Counted from the stretch's first letter, positions 13,635-26,638 are shown. The stretch is DNA of 64,000 nt from Hydrolagus colliei (GCA_035084275.1 CM068760.1:1922001-1986000); one strand, 5' to 3'. Translations and numbers: made by a program. The notes: generated by a model not told the origin, from the letters alone.

Positions 13635-14515
13635 GCTCACAGCTGGTACCTTCTCGAGTCAAGTCAGGAGCCGCGTGGCTGACAATCAAACCAGTGATCT
13701 GAGCATATTGGGGACCCTGGCACACAAGGGGGGGCAACGAGGCGCTGGGCAGGCGAGCCCACCCCACACCCCCCCACCCCCGGTTTGATGTCTCTCCTCC
13801 CCCCGCCCCCCCCCTCCAAGGACCAGATCCGTGTGAGCAAACGCGAGCAAAGTTTGTAGAGATTTAGAGACACGTAGAGTCTTCACGTCAAGTACTAAGA
13901 GAGGACAACAACAAATGTGCCCTTATATAACCGCCTTACACGTCGGGAGGACGTCCCAAAGCGCTGATCAGTCAGTGCAGTACAACTCGTACACTTAATA
14001 TTTCACGGTACCGGTCGTTCCTCGAGTATTTGTTAAAGTCGGGTCGAGTGAAATCGGATTTATCCCCAATCCATTACTTTTTAACGCGAAGAGAGACGCC
14101 GGGCAACCGACTCTCGGGTTTGTAAGTCGTGTTGGGACGCAGCTGGCGCCAGTTTCACTCGCTCTCGACACGTCCCCGTGAAACAAACGCAGGGTCATAA
14201 ACTGATCCGATTTACATAAGGTTTAATCCTGCGAGGGTTTAGCTATCTCTCTCTCTCATCTCTCTCTCTGCTACTTTTCTCTGCTGCTTGTGGCGTGGGG
14301 TGGGGTGGGGGGGGGGGGGGGGGGGGGTCTGTGGTTAGAACCCTCGCCTTACAAAGCGCCGAGACCTGGGTTCGATTCCAGGGGCCAGAGTGAAACCTTG
14401 GGCAAGTTTCCTTACTCTCCACACACACACCGTCTGATAATAATCCCGAGAGAGAAACAAAGATAATAAATTGGCCATTTCAATCCACCACTGTGTGTGT
14501 GTGTGTGTGTGTGGA

Positions 14516-14715
14516 NNNNNNNNNNNNNNNNNNNNNNNNNNNNNNNNNNNNNNNNNNNNNNNNNNNNNNNNNNNNNNNNNNNNNNNNNNNNNNNNNNNNN
14601 NNNNNNNNNNNNNNNNNNNNNNNNNNNNNNNNNNNNNNNNNNNNNNNNNNNNNNNNNNNNNNNNNNNNNNNNNNNNNNNNNNNNNNNNNNNNNNNNNNNN
14701 NNNNNNNNNNNNNNN
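14516..14715. other. Assembly gap (200 N)
   Basis: Run of N. Confidence 1.
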
Positions 14716-15059
14716 TAAACATCTCAAAACAATTCCCGTCGAGGACAAGGAATGTGGAGGGGAGGAGGGCAAGAAATTCAGTGCAGCTGGCCATTCAGTC
14801 AGTCTCGTTCCACACACTTAAGAGATCATTTTGCTCTCCCTCCCTCTCTCTCTCTCCCCGTTTCACACCAACCAGGAAAGAGAATCCCTGGTGGCCTGTG
14901 TAATAACAATAATATAATAATAATAATCCTTGCATTTGATATAGCGCTTTTCACGTCTTCTAGAATAAACTGTAAAGTGAATTGACTGTGTATTCTGTGG
15001 ACGAAGCGCGACAGCCGATTGCGCACAGCAGCGTCCCTCCACAAACATTGTTTTTTTGG

Positions 15060-15264
15060 NNNNNNNNNNNNNNNNNNNNNNNNNNNNNNNNNNNNNNNNN
15101 NNNNNNNNNNNNNNNNNNNNNNNNNNNNNNNNNNNNNNNNNNNNNNNNNNNNNNNNNNNNNNNNNNNNNNNNNNNNNNNNNNNNNNNNNNNNNNNNNNNN
15201 NNNNNNNNNNNNNNNNNNNNNNNNNNNNNNNNNNNNNNNNNNNNNNNNNNNNNNNNNNNNNNNN
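15060..15264. other. Assembly gap
   Basis: Run of N. Confidence 1.
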
Positions 15265-17658
15265 CCAGGGTTTGGCTCCTGACCTGCCGGGAATCGAACC
15301 CGGCCTCTCGCCTGTCAGATGAGTGCTCTAAACCACTGAGCTACAGAACACAGCTACCCCCTCCCCCCCTCCCCCCCCTTTCGTGCCTATAACACCCCAC
15401 CCTCCTGGCTATTAGGTTGACCTTCTGAAACCTCTTCGGCAGCGGCATTAACCTTTGGACTTTGGAAGCAGAACATCACCGGGGAAAATAAAATGCGGTT
15501 TAAGCATTCGCGTGGGGGCCAGTCACACTCCAGGTCATTTCATCATCTCCATTAAAAGGATTAAAAGTTCTTAAGTGATCAAAACCGCATTGAACTCTAT
15601 TCCAAGCAACCTCATCCTAATCTGTTTACACTGACAGGTTTACACACAACATGGGATCATGTACAGATCCGTGCGAGGGGAGAGATTAGCCGAGCGTTCA
15701 CCTTTAGAGAGTTTTATCCCTCGCTCTCGGGTACAGGGTGGGGGGGGGGGGGGGAGAATGGGGTAGAGTGGGAGGGGGGAGAGGGGGGGGGTGATTCAGC
15801 TCTATTAAGGCGGTTATCAAGCTAATATAGGGTTTGCTTCGTCCGCACACAGGAAGGCCATGACTGAAATTGCAACTTGACCTTTAATACAGAGAGAGAG
15901 AGAGGCCCTGTGGTCACTGCAGAAAGCAACACAGCAGATATTCTATTTGGTGGAGAAAGAAGGGCTGGGAGGGGGGGGGGGGGTGGGGAAGAGGATGGGA
16001 GCCAAGGCAGTGGGATGTGTGTGTGTGTGTGGGGGGGGGGGGGGCTCCAGTTATCCGAGGAAACTTAAAATGTATTAAAAAAAATAAAAGCGATTTTACT
16101 TTTTTTTAATTATTAACAGTGCAAATGTGTTATTATTGACAATATTATCCCTGAATTATTACAACAGGAATCCAGTCGTCGTCGTCGTCCCACCCCCCCC
16201 CACACACCCCCAGATCTCACTACTGCTAAACTTTCACATACACACCCACTTAACAGGAAACTAATCAGCAAGTCCCAGGGCTCTTCGAAGAGCAGCCTCA
16301 GAACAGCGGCTGGGGAGAGGATCTGGCTCTCACAGGAAGACACATCCTGCCGTGAGACTCTGAGCTCTGACCCCCCCCCCCCCCCCTCAGGCAATAAAAC
16401 AAACAGAGGGATAAACAGGGTTGAGAAGAGAAACCGAGTGAGCTCCAAACATGGAGTGTGTGTGGGGGGGGGGGGGGGTTACTCTGCAGAACCTCTTCAC
16501 TCCGTGTGGCGTGAGTCCATTTCCTTTGGGTTTCAAAGTTTGCTAAAAGAACAAGACTCTGTAGGGACCAGGGATGGTTTGGTTTGACTTTTAGCTTCTC
16601 CCTCCTAACCCTTCTCTCCCTCCCTCCCCCTCCTAGCCCTTCTCTCCCCCCCTCCTAACCCTTCTCTCCCCCCCCCTCCTAACTCTTCTCTCCCTCCCTC
16701 CCCCCTCCTAACTCTTCTCTCCCTCCCTCCCCCCTCCTAACCCTTCTCTCCCCCCCTCCTAACCCTTCTCTCCCTCCCTCCCCCCTCCTAACCCTTCTCT
16801 CCCTCCCTCCCCCCCCCTAACCCTTCTCTCCCCCCCTCCTAACCCTTCTCTCCCTCCCCCGACCCTCCCCCCCCTCCCGGTGTGAAATGCGCTATACAAG
16901 TGCAATGTTGTTGACTATGGGAGCTCAAGGAGCTACACTGGCGCTCACACCGGGGGGAGAGGGGACCACCGAGAAGCCACCGTCGGGTGGGGAGGGGTGG
17001 CAGGGGAGGGGGGGGCAGGGGAGGGAGGGTGGGGGAGTGATCCAGATGGACCTCAGTGTCTTGTATCTCCTGGTGAGTTACCAGATGGTTATATGCTAGA
17101 CGTGGAGGGGGGAGGGGGGCGCAATGCGGGCGGGTTTTTTTTTTTGGGGGGGGGCTTTGGCGACGAGGACACCGACCAACGGGGCGGAAACAAACCGTCT
17201 GCTCTCTGCAGGTCGAGCCCAGAGAGTGGCTGATCACCCCCCCCCCTCCCCTCCCCCCCAGAGGTAATAGAAACTCAGTCCACGTCCAGCCTCGAACCCT
17301 CCTGATGACTCGACTCACAAATGGATGAAACTTAAACAAGAACAAGTTCAGTAAAACAGAGGGAGGGAAGCGGGGAGGGAGGGGAACGACTGTTTGTTTT
17401 GTTTTGCAAGCATTTTGAGGCAGAATCTGTCCCTCTATTTGAAGTTCGGATGTCCCGGGGAGGTCGGACTTTCGTGTTTTTCTTTTTTTTATTATTATTT
17501 AAACAAAAAAAAAGGCTTTGAACGAGAAGTCTGCGATTGTTGTTTAGATTATAGTCTGTGCAGAGCCAGAGAGGAGGTGACCCACCGCTCAAAACCTGAC
17601 CTATTCTTTCCTACAACCCACCCCCGCCGCGTTCGGCTTCAAAGATCAGAACATTTGC

Positions 17659-17693
<35 letters not shown>

Positions 17694-18464
17694 GCAAACA
17701 CACACAGCTGGGCTGCGAATCAATACAGACCCACACAAAAACAATATGGTAGATTAAATAGAAAATACAGACGCCTCGGTTTATCGGCAGGGGGGGGGGG
17801 GGGGGGGGGTTGTTTATCTGGTGCCAGAAGTGTAAACAATCAGAGCGTCACATTCAGGTCTTGACAAGATAATTAAGTGATCCGATTGGCAACGACAACA
17901 TCATGAATTTTACATTTGCGCTCAGTAGCATCAGAGGAGAACAACGCCACCGACGATCACTGGAGTAAACATTTCCCTTCCTCCCCTCTCCCTCCCCTTT
18001 CCCTCTCCCTCCCTCCCTCTCCCCCATCCACCAACACCCCCCCTCCCCCCCCCCCCAGTTTCCACCCGGCCTCCACCAAGGTGCCAACTCAAATCGAGGT
18101 GTGAGAATCTGATTTGACAAGAGACCATCTCTCGCCCAGCTCGGCGTCTGTAACTCCAACCTCTCCCCGCAAGATGTTCTGCTCTCACGTGGACACACTT
18201 TGATTATAATTTTTTTTGTGGGGGGGAGGGGGGAGGGGGGGGGAGATGGAGAAGAGTACAATTCAGTACAACAACTTGTATGTGTTTAGTGCCCTCCACA
18301 CCGGGCGGGCGGAGTGTCAGAGCGCGAGTTTGGACTGGGGACTGTGATGAGGAGAGGAGAGCTCTGGGACGCTATCCGGTGTGAGGTGGGTGGGGGGGGG
18401 GCGCTGTGTAAATGTGTGTCGTTGCTGAGATGCCGGTTGGAGCAGAAACCTGCTCACTCGAGTA

Positions 18465-18495
<31 letters not shown>

Positions 18496-19189
18496 GCTCA
18501 CAGCTGGTACCTTCTCGAGTCAAGTCAGGAGCCGCGTGGCTGACAATCAAACCAGTGATCTGAGCATATTGGGGAACCTGGCACACAAGGGGGGGCAACG
18601 AGGCGCTGGGCAGGCGAGCCCACCCCACACCCCCCCACCCCCGGTTTGATGTCTCTCCTCCCCCCGCCCCCCCCCCCCCCTCCAAGGACCAGATCCGTGT
18701 GAGCAAACGCGAGCAAAGTTTGTAGAGATTTAGAGACACGTAGAGTCTTCACGTCAAGTACTAAGAGAGGACAACAACAAATGTGCCCTTATGTAAACCG
18801 CCTTACACGTCGGGAGGACGTCCCAAAGCGCTGATCAGTCAGTGCAGTACAACTCGTACACTTAATAATTCACGGTACCGGTCGTTCCTCGAGTATTTGT
18901 TAAAGTCGGGTCGAGTGAAATCGGATTTATCCCCAATCCATTACTTTTTAACGCGAAGAGAGACGCCGGGCAACCGACTCTCGGGTTTGTAAGTCGTGTT
19001 GGGACGCAGCTGGCGCCAGTTTCACTCGCTCTCGACACGTCCCCGTGAAACAAACGCAGGGTCATAAACTGATCCGATTTACATAAGGTTTAATCCTGCG
19101 AGGGTTTAGCTATCTCTCTCTCTCATCTCTCTCTCTCTCTCTCTGCTACTTTTCTCTGCTGCTTGTGGCGTGGGGGGGGGGGGGGGGGG

Positions 19190-19359
19190 GTCTGTGGTTA
19201 GAACCCTCGCCTTACAAAGCGCCGAGACCTGGGTTCGATTCCAGGGGCCAGAGTGAAACCTTGGGCAAGTTTCCTTACTCTCCACACACACACCGTCTGA
19301 TAATAATCCCGAGAGAGAAACAAAGATAATAAATTGGCCATTTCAATCCACCACTGTGT

Positions 19360-19390
<31 letters not shown>

Positions 19391-19512
19391 GGGACGCTGC
19401 CGCGTTTCGCCCACACATATATCCAGTCAATTCACTTAAGACGGCATATTCGGTGAAGCGCTTTGAGACGTCGGGAGGATGTGAAACGCGCTGTGTCAAC
19501 CGCCAGGATCAT
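19190..19512 (+). mobile_element. tRNA-derived SINE (head also at ~14327-14515)
   Basis: B box GGTTCGATTCC, core and tail of the same family. Confidence 0.75.
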
Positions 19513-19650
19513 TAACCGGGATGTCGGTGCCCAACACTGACTGCCCCCCCCCGCAGGCCTGCGCTCACAGCTGTAGGAATAAGCGCGTCGCTGGGCTCAC
19601 ACACACACACTCTCTCTCTCGGTCTCTCTCGTCTCTTTAATGTCTCTCAC

Positions 19651-20061
19651 CTTCTCGCTGCTGCTCCGAGACAAGTTGTCGTCCTCCGGCACAGCTGTCT
19701 GCACCTTCTCCTCCTCCTTCTCGGGCTGGGGGACGCCGTGGACGTACTCCTCCTTGCAGCTCAAGCCCAGGCTCTTGAGGAGCTCGTCGGTCTCCCTGTC
19801 TACCACCAGCAGCCGGGTCTCGTTGGCCACGGCTTTGATTTTCCCCACCACCTGTTGGTGACTCTCCGACTCGACGTTGTCGCCGTTGACTTGCACCAGC
19901 CGGTCCCCGGCCCGGAGGCCGGCGCTCTCGGCCGGGGATGCAGGCTCCACTAGGCGGATGAACTGACCCGTCTTGCCCTTCTCCCCGTGCAGGTGGAAAC
20001 CGTAACCACTGCTACCTTTGCTCATCACACAGAGCCGCGGCCTGAGCTGTTCTTTGGTCAT
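19651..20061 (-). CDS. NHERF1: Na+/H+ exchanger regulatory factor 1 (EBP50), coding exon 1 (PDZ1 plus linker); remaining exons not found, probably left of the window
   Basis: Translation [60 protein letters not shown] is a NHERF-type PDZ with the GYGF loop. It ends SSSEK at donor AAG|GTGAGA (411 nt, phase 0). NHERF1 rather than NHERF2 is inferred from linkage to GGA3. Confidence 0.9.
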
Positions 20062-20089
20062 GTTGGCTGCTGGCTGGCTGGCTGGCTGG

Positions 20090-20120
<31 letters not shown>

Positions 20121-20339
20121 GGGGGGCGTGTGTGTGTCTGGTCTGTGTGTCTATCTTGGTGTGTGTCTGTGCGTGTGTGTCTGGTCTGTGTGTCTATCTT
20201 GGTGTGTGTCTGTCTGTCTGTCTCTCTGTCGGCAAATGTGCTACCCTGTGGGGATACAATGTATCAAAGACAGAGACACAAAGTATCCGGGCGAGGATAC
20301 AAACGGATACAATGTCGCCAGCCAGTCAGTTGTTGAGTG

Positions 20340-20480
20340 CGCGCGCAGCTGCCCCACCGAAGCCTTCATATAGAACGCGGCGGCCTGATCGACGGCTCGG
20401 AGGTCCAATCACCGCCGCCCGTCGCTTGGTCGGTCACCACCTGCTCAGCCTATCAAAATGGAGGAGGGGGGCGGGAATTC
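20340..20480 (-). promoter_or_regulatory. NHERF1 core promoter / CpG island
   Basis: CpG-rich. TATA-like CTATATGAA (minus strand, ~20365-20373), CCAAT at ~20404, GC box GGGGGCGGG at ~20467-20475. Confidence 0.55.
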
Positions 20481-20494
20481 TCTGGGCACCCACT

Positions 20495-20828
20495 TTGATA
20501 ATCATAAATCCTGGCATGTCCTTATCATGTCTTCTAGGCGCCTCAAAGCGCCTCACAGGATATAACTGTAAAGTGAGTTGACTGTATATTTTGTGGGCGA
20601 AACGCGGCAGCCGATTGCGCACAGCGGCGTTCCCCCCCCACCCCACCCCCCACAAACAGTCGTGGTTTGAATTGATCAATTTATTATTTTTTTGGAAGGA
20701 TTATTATTGAGCGTTTAGAGTTAAGGAAACTTGCCCAAGGTTTCGCCCGCCCCTGACGCGCCGAGAGTCGAACCCGGGTCTCTTCGCTTGCAGGGCGAGC
20801 GCTCTAACCACTGAGCCACAGGGGCTCC
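20495..20828 (-). mobile_element. Full-length tRNA-derived SINE immediately upstream of the NHERF1 promoter
   Basis: Head GGAGCCCCTGTGGCTCAGTGGTTAGAGCGCTCGCC..GGTTCGACTC, core and tail. Confidence 0.85.
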
Positions 20829-22726
20829 GCAAAATGCTGTAAACATTTGTGGGAAGCGGAGAGTGAACTGGGAGGAGGGATACGGTCGGAGAGGAGAGAT
20901 AGAGATAAGGGTAAAGGGAATCCCAGGGAAACGAAAGCAGAGAGAGAGAGAGGGGGGGGAAGATGAAAGATAAGATGGGGGAGGGCCTCTAAATAAAGGC
21001 TGATAACCACAGCAATGGTTATGTTTTGCAGAGAAGCTTTTATCTCAAAACAATCTTGCAGTTTAGTTTGAGAGTCCAGGACGCTGACGTTGGTCTAAGA
21101 CAGGGTGACTGATGCAGGCGGAATCAGCCAAACTGAGAGTTTATGACTTGCCGCCCACACGTGTCTGGAATGGAATGTGCACTCTCTTCCTGGAGAGACA
21201 GACCCACCCTTGCTTACCTAATTCCACGGAGGATTAAATTAAAAACAATAATCCTTGCAATTGATACCGGACCCTTTTTACATCAGAAGGGCGACTCTAT
21301 AAAGTCTTTCACGGGGACACGCGCTGCAAAGTCGAGTGCTGCTGTCGATTTGCAAGAGTAACTAACATCCCACAAACAGCCTGGAAGTGAATACCGATTA
21401 GAGTTGGTGCAGATTGACAAGAGCCAGAGGGCTGAGAGGACCACAGGGTGTGGGTTTGGGGGTAACTGCTGGAGTCTACCCGGCTCAAGCTGCAAAGCTA
21501 CTTTGAAAGCGCTGTCTGGCAAGCTATCCACGACTTGTCTGTCTATGACCACTCATTGGGGCTTTTGGCTAAACCCCAGCCCCAAGACCCAACCGTAGCC
21601 TCAACCCAAGTCCCGGCGAAAGCCACTCTCCGTTTCTCTCTCCCTCTCTCTCTGCTTTGTCTGCATCATTCAGTCACTCATTCAACAGCACAATTTAGTC
21701 ACTGAGCTCATGTGGGGCAATGAATATGTTCCAGGAACAAATGAAAACATCTGATCTATTAACACTGAGATAAATATCACTCAATAACTGTACTGGAGGA
21801 CACAAACTAGCTGCCAGATCTGTAATGGAATATCCATCCGACAAATAACCTCTAGATGAACCGCACAGGGCAACTGGTTGAATCTTTTGGTCAGCCTCAC
21901 TAATGGTATGGTAATCTTACACCACAGCTCAGGGTGAGCGGATCCACTCAAACCAAGCTTCTCCTTTTCCCCTCTGATTGAAAAACACTTGCGGTCCTGT
22001 GAGGTCGAAACGTTGCTCGTTTGGAAAAACAAGTGTAATTTCTTTGATAAGATACCGGGCTGACACTGTGTGTGAAGAAAATTTGTGAGGTTATTATTAT
22101 TGCTACCAAACGGAAAGTTTTCACGTATTTTTGCAATGATCTCCTCGCTGGTCTCCCCGGCTCCACTGTAAAAAAAAACACAAAACGCATCCCGTTAAAC
22201 AGTTCTGCGATATTCACAACACTCGGTTTGGGTTATGGGTTTAGCACGGCTGTAAACAGAGGAGATGTATGTCTGTCTACCGCACAATGTGATCTGTTAT
22301 GTTATGTTTCCATAGATAATTTTCAGCGAAACACGCTCACAGCCCCATTTTATCACTATGACAGGTAACGTTGGCATTTGCAATATATATACATACAGTA
22401 TATATCTCCCTGGTGAGCTGAGCCAAGTGACTCACACATTCCTGCCGGAGTTTCTAGAGAAGTGAAAGTGTTCGCTCCAAGGTCATTATAGGTGTTGGCT
22501 GTAGGAGTGTGGAGGCAGGGGCGGGGTGTGGATTGTCAAATTATGATTGTCAGAAAGATCAATTTGATAACATTCTTAGGTAGAAAGTGAGGGACAGTCA
22601 CACTGCGTGGCCTTCCTTCTCCTGCTAAAATAGCAGAGTGCTGTATGTGGCTGCCATGCCAAGTCCAAAGAGCTACTCACTCAGTGTTTGGAGCAGGGAT
22701 CTTGGAGTGCCTGTGGAGTCCTGTAG

Positions 22727-23050
22727 TTCAGTTGTGGAGTCCTACAGCTCAGTTGTTAAAGCACTCGCCTTACAAACGAGATTCATTCCCGGTCAGGGCG
22801 AAACCTTAGCCAAGTTTCCTTATTCGACACACACGCCCGATAATAATCCCTGAAAAAAAAAGCCGCAATGATGTGGTCGTTTTCAATCTTCGACTGTTTG
22901 TGGGGGACGCTGCTGTGCGCAATTGGCTGCCGCGCTTCGCCCACAAAATATACAGCCAACTCACTTTACTGTGTATTCTGTGAAACACTTTGGGACGTCT
23001 GGAAGTCGTGAAAAAGGCTACATCAAATGCAAGGAACATTATTATTATTA
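22727..23050 (+). mobile_element. Full-length SINE with duplicated 5' end
   Basis: GTGGAGTCCTGTAGTTCAGTT repeated as GTGGAGTCCTACAGCTCAGTT, then core and tail. Confidence 0.8.
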
Positions 23051-25429
23051 ATGTAATGGGAGGCAAGGGGCATTGCAATGCCAGGAATGCCAAATTGGTG
23101 CAATTCCGTAGTTCAGTGATGCCTGTAAAGTAATAAATGCGTGGAATAATCGTTCTATAAATTTGAAATTATATTTTGCAACCTTGCCCCTTATTTAGGT
23201 GCTGCAATAAAGGTGATAAATTGCCATATAAATTTCCATAAATTCCATATCTCAGTTCTGACGAAGGGCCGTGAACATAAAACATTGACTCACTTCGGTT
23301 TCTCCATAAATGCTGCATAATCGTTCCCCAAAATTTCTATTTTTGTTTCAGATTTCCAGCATCTGAAGTACAGTATTTTGTGTTTTTTTTCATGTATAAA
23401 ATTCCATGTTGCACTGTCACAAATAACTAATATTTAATAATAGCGCCTACGTACATTCAATAGCTCAACTTATTGTATCTCACCTCACTGGAAATTGCTG
23501 GTAAGTGTGGTAATCTGTAGACAAATGTGGCAGCTAATTTGCCTGCTGGAAAATCCCACAAAAAGCCACGATCAAATTATCTGGAGGATTGTTGACCAGG
23601 ATACTTGGAGGATCTTCCTTCGTTCTTTGAATAATGTCATGGAACCTTTGCTACCCTTCTGCACAGGCAGGTGGGACCTGGTTTAATGGCCTAATCAAAC
23701 CTTGGACAAGACAACACTCCATCGTCACTGGCCTGAAGTGTCAGCCAAAGACCTGTTTTCCCTCCAAAATCCCTCGGAAAATCAGAAGTGGAGACAACCT
23801 GAGGCTGGCTGGTGCCTCCTTATTGTTGGCTCCCACAGCATTGGCAGAGACTCTCAGATATCAATCAATCAATCAATCAATAATTACATTTATATAGCGT
23901 CTTTCATGTCGGGAGGACGTCCCAAGGCGCTGAAGTCAGGTAGGGATCAGAGCAGTGGGGGGAGAAGTCGGGGGCAGGAGAGGAAAGTAGGAGAATTGAC
24001 TGGACATTTGTGGGCGAAACGCGGCAGCCAAATTGCGCACAGCAGCGTCCCACAAACAGTCATGGAAGTGCGATTAGGGGAGAAGGGGGGGGGCGGGGAA
24101 GATGACACCGGGAGAGGTTGGATGTGGCACAGGTACGGCCCAACTGGGAATAACTACCAACAGTGAGGTATCATTAAAAATGATCACATCTGCGCCGTTG
24201 GAGGAAAAGAACAAACGCCTTCAAAGTTATTTCTGGAAGTTAATTCAATGTTTGATAGTTGGGTGTTCCATAATGACAGTTTCAGAATATAAAATAGGAC
24301 CATTTGCCACAGATTGTGATGAAGGAAGCACATCCCAAAATACTTGTCTGTGAGCTATATCTTGACTCAGACTGACTGGTCCTCTGTAATCTATAATTTA
24401 GAGGCAAAGTGTGCTTTGATTAAGGTGAGAGATATCAGTGTTGGAAATGGAACAGTTTCCAATTATAGCAGTCAGCGTCAGCCTCAAAACAAGAACTCGG
24501 ATTTATATATAAGCTCCCATCGCGTGACTCAGTTTAAAATTAGCGGAGTTTGATATGAACTGCGGGAAAATGGGGATACCACCATAGGCAAGGTCAAAGA
24601 GGAGTCTTCAAGTGCGATCTGAAGATGGGCAAAGAGGGGACAAGGCAGAGGAGAGGGTAAAACTACAGGCTAGCAATCAGGTGTTTGAGAGATGTCCTCA
24701 TAGAGGCGTCTAAAATTATGAATGGATTTGATAAGGTGACAGAAATAAACAATATCCAATTGTTGTTGTATCTATTACAAAGTGGATTCATTTAAGAGAG
24801 ATAGGAGCAGAACTAAAAGCGAGTATCTTCACAGGCAGGTGAGAAAGTGGAACTCACCGCCTAAACACGGATGAAGCAGAAAGTTATGAAAGCATTTTAA
24901 GAGGAAACTCAAAGCTTACATGGGGAAGGGAATAGCGGGGTGAAGGTGAGGAGATGGCACGCCCTGAATAGGATGGGAGGAGGATCACGTAGAGTATAAA
25001 CTTTGTCTGATTTTGGTGTGTAACTCTCTGCAGTTCTGCTTTAAAAAGAAGCAACTGCCCTCTGCTGGACTTTGAAATCAATTCTATGGAAAATCTTCCC
25101 TCAGAGCGTGTTTATTGTTGCCAAAAACATTCCAGGCAGCGATAGGTTTGTGTGTTTCGATATAACAATCAAATCAGACATGGTTCCTGTTTCTGGCGAT
25201 GGTTCCAGTGGATGAGCTAACACCGGATCAGGTTACAAATAATTTACTGCACAGAAACAGGCCCCTCGCCTCCACCAGTCCCAAAGCACTTCACAGAATA
25301 TACTGTAAAGTGAATTGACTGTATCATTATAATTATACATAATCGTATAATTATCCCAAATGCTGTCTTATCGATAAGATTGATTGATAGGACCTTCAAT
25401 GATCCTTTTATAATGTTAGAGACAACTTT

Positions 25430-26353
25430 CTCTGGTTAAATGTCTGCAAGACCGAGGCCCTGCTGATTGGCTCACGTCAGCGCCTCCACACCTCAGGCGC
25501 TGGCAGCATCAGCATCCAAGGCTGGACTCTCCACCTGTCACAGCCAGTCAGGAACCTCTTGTTCAAGCCTGAACTGTCCTTCCTACCCCACATCTGTGCC
25601 GTGACCAGTACTGCCTTCCACTACCTTCACAACATCGCTGGAATCTGCCACTGCCTCACCCCTCGGGCTGCTGAAACCCTATTTCATGCATTCGTCACAT
25701 CAAGGCTGGACTATGGAAACTCCCTCCTCGTCGGCCTTCCTGGCTCTTCCCTTCATAAACTGTAAATCCTCTAGAACTCAGCAACCACACACAACAACTA
25801 AATCACACTTATATAGCAGCTCGTGTCCTCTCCCACACCAAGCTCCATATCACTCCCACCCTTGCCCGGCTCCATTGGCTCCCCATCCCCCAGCGGATGG
25901 AATTCAAGATCCTTGTCCTCACTGTCAAGGCCATTCACGGCCTCACCCCCACCCCACCTCTCCCGCTAGCTCTCCAACCTTCTGACCCCCCTGTAAACCT
26001 GTCCACCCACTCCGTTCAGCGGGCTCCAGTCTGCTCCATATCCCTCGCCCGACCCCACACTCTGAATTTCCATCCCACAGTCCCCTCACCTCGCTCCCTC
26101 CCTCGCCTCCTTCAAGGCCGGTCTCAAGACCCTCCTCCTCCTCGATTGTGCCTTCTGCTGCCCTCCCAACTCTCCCCCTCCCCTCCCAACTCTCTCCCTC
26201 CCCTCCCAACTCTCCCCCTCCCCTCCCAACTCTCTCCCTCCCCTCCCTCCCACCCTGCCCCTCTCCCGCCTCGACTGTTCAGCGCCTTGGGACTTCCTCC
26301 CAACGTGAAAAGCGCCCTGCAAATGTAAATATGTTCTTGTTGTTGTTGTTGTT
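25430..26353 (+). mobile_element. L2 LINE 3' fragment abutting the GGA3 promoter
   Basis: AAETLFHAFVTSRLDYGNSLLVGLP and FKILVLTVKAIHGL (L2 ORF2 C-terminus), family tail and (TTG)n. Confidence 0.85.
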
Positions 26354-26366
26354 GGGTAGAACCCAG

Positions 26367-26638
26367 GCCCCGCCCTCCCAGACACAAGCCCCGCCATCCC
26401 AGACACAAGCCCCGCCCTCCCAGACACAAACCCCGCCCTCCCAGACACAAACCCCGCCCACCCATACAAGACCACGCCCACGCAGACACAAGCCACGCCC
26501 ACTCGGATACAAACCACGCCCTCCAAGTCAAGGTCCCACCCCCCCTCCCCCCTCCCGCTACATCTCGCGATACTTGGTGACGGGCGATCTCGCGGGACCG
26601 GCCAGCTCTCGCGAGGGTTGGAGGATGCGGCCGGCAAG
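26367..26638 (+). promoter_or_regulatory. GGA3 promoter: tandem GC-box array plus three CGCG (TCTCGCGAGA-like) elements in a CpG island
   Basis: Eight CCCCGCC/CCACGCCC boxes at 26367-26524; TCTCGCGA at ~26563, TCTCGCGG at ~26588, TCTCGCGAG at ~26607; AAGATGGCGG at the ATG. Confidence 0.75.

Larger units (their letters stand above)
9801..19372. repeat. ~4.7 kb near-identical tandem duplication (9801-14515 and 14717-~19372), probably an assembly artefact
   Basis: Both copies begin AAACATCTCAAAACAATTCC and carry an internal N gap at the same site. They are separated by a 200-N gap and differ mainly in homopolymers and minisatellite length. Confidence 0.9.

Noticed and set aside
13075-13767. 230-aa minus-strand ORF
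   Set aside because: Frame is not preserved in the duplicate copy; no domain recognisable.
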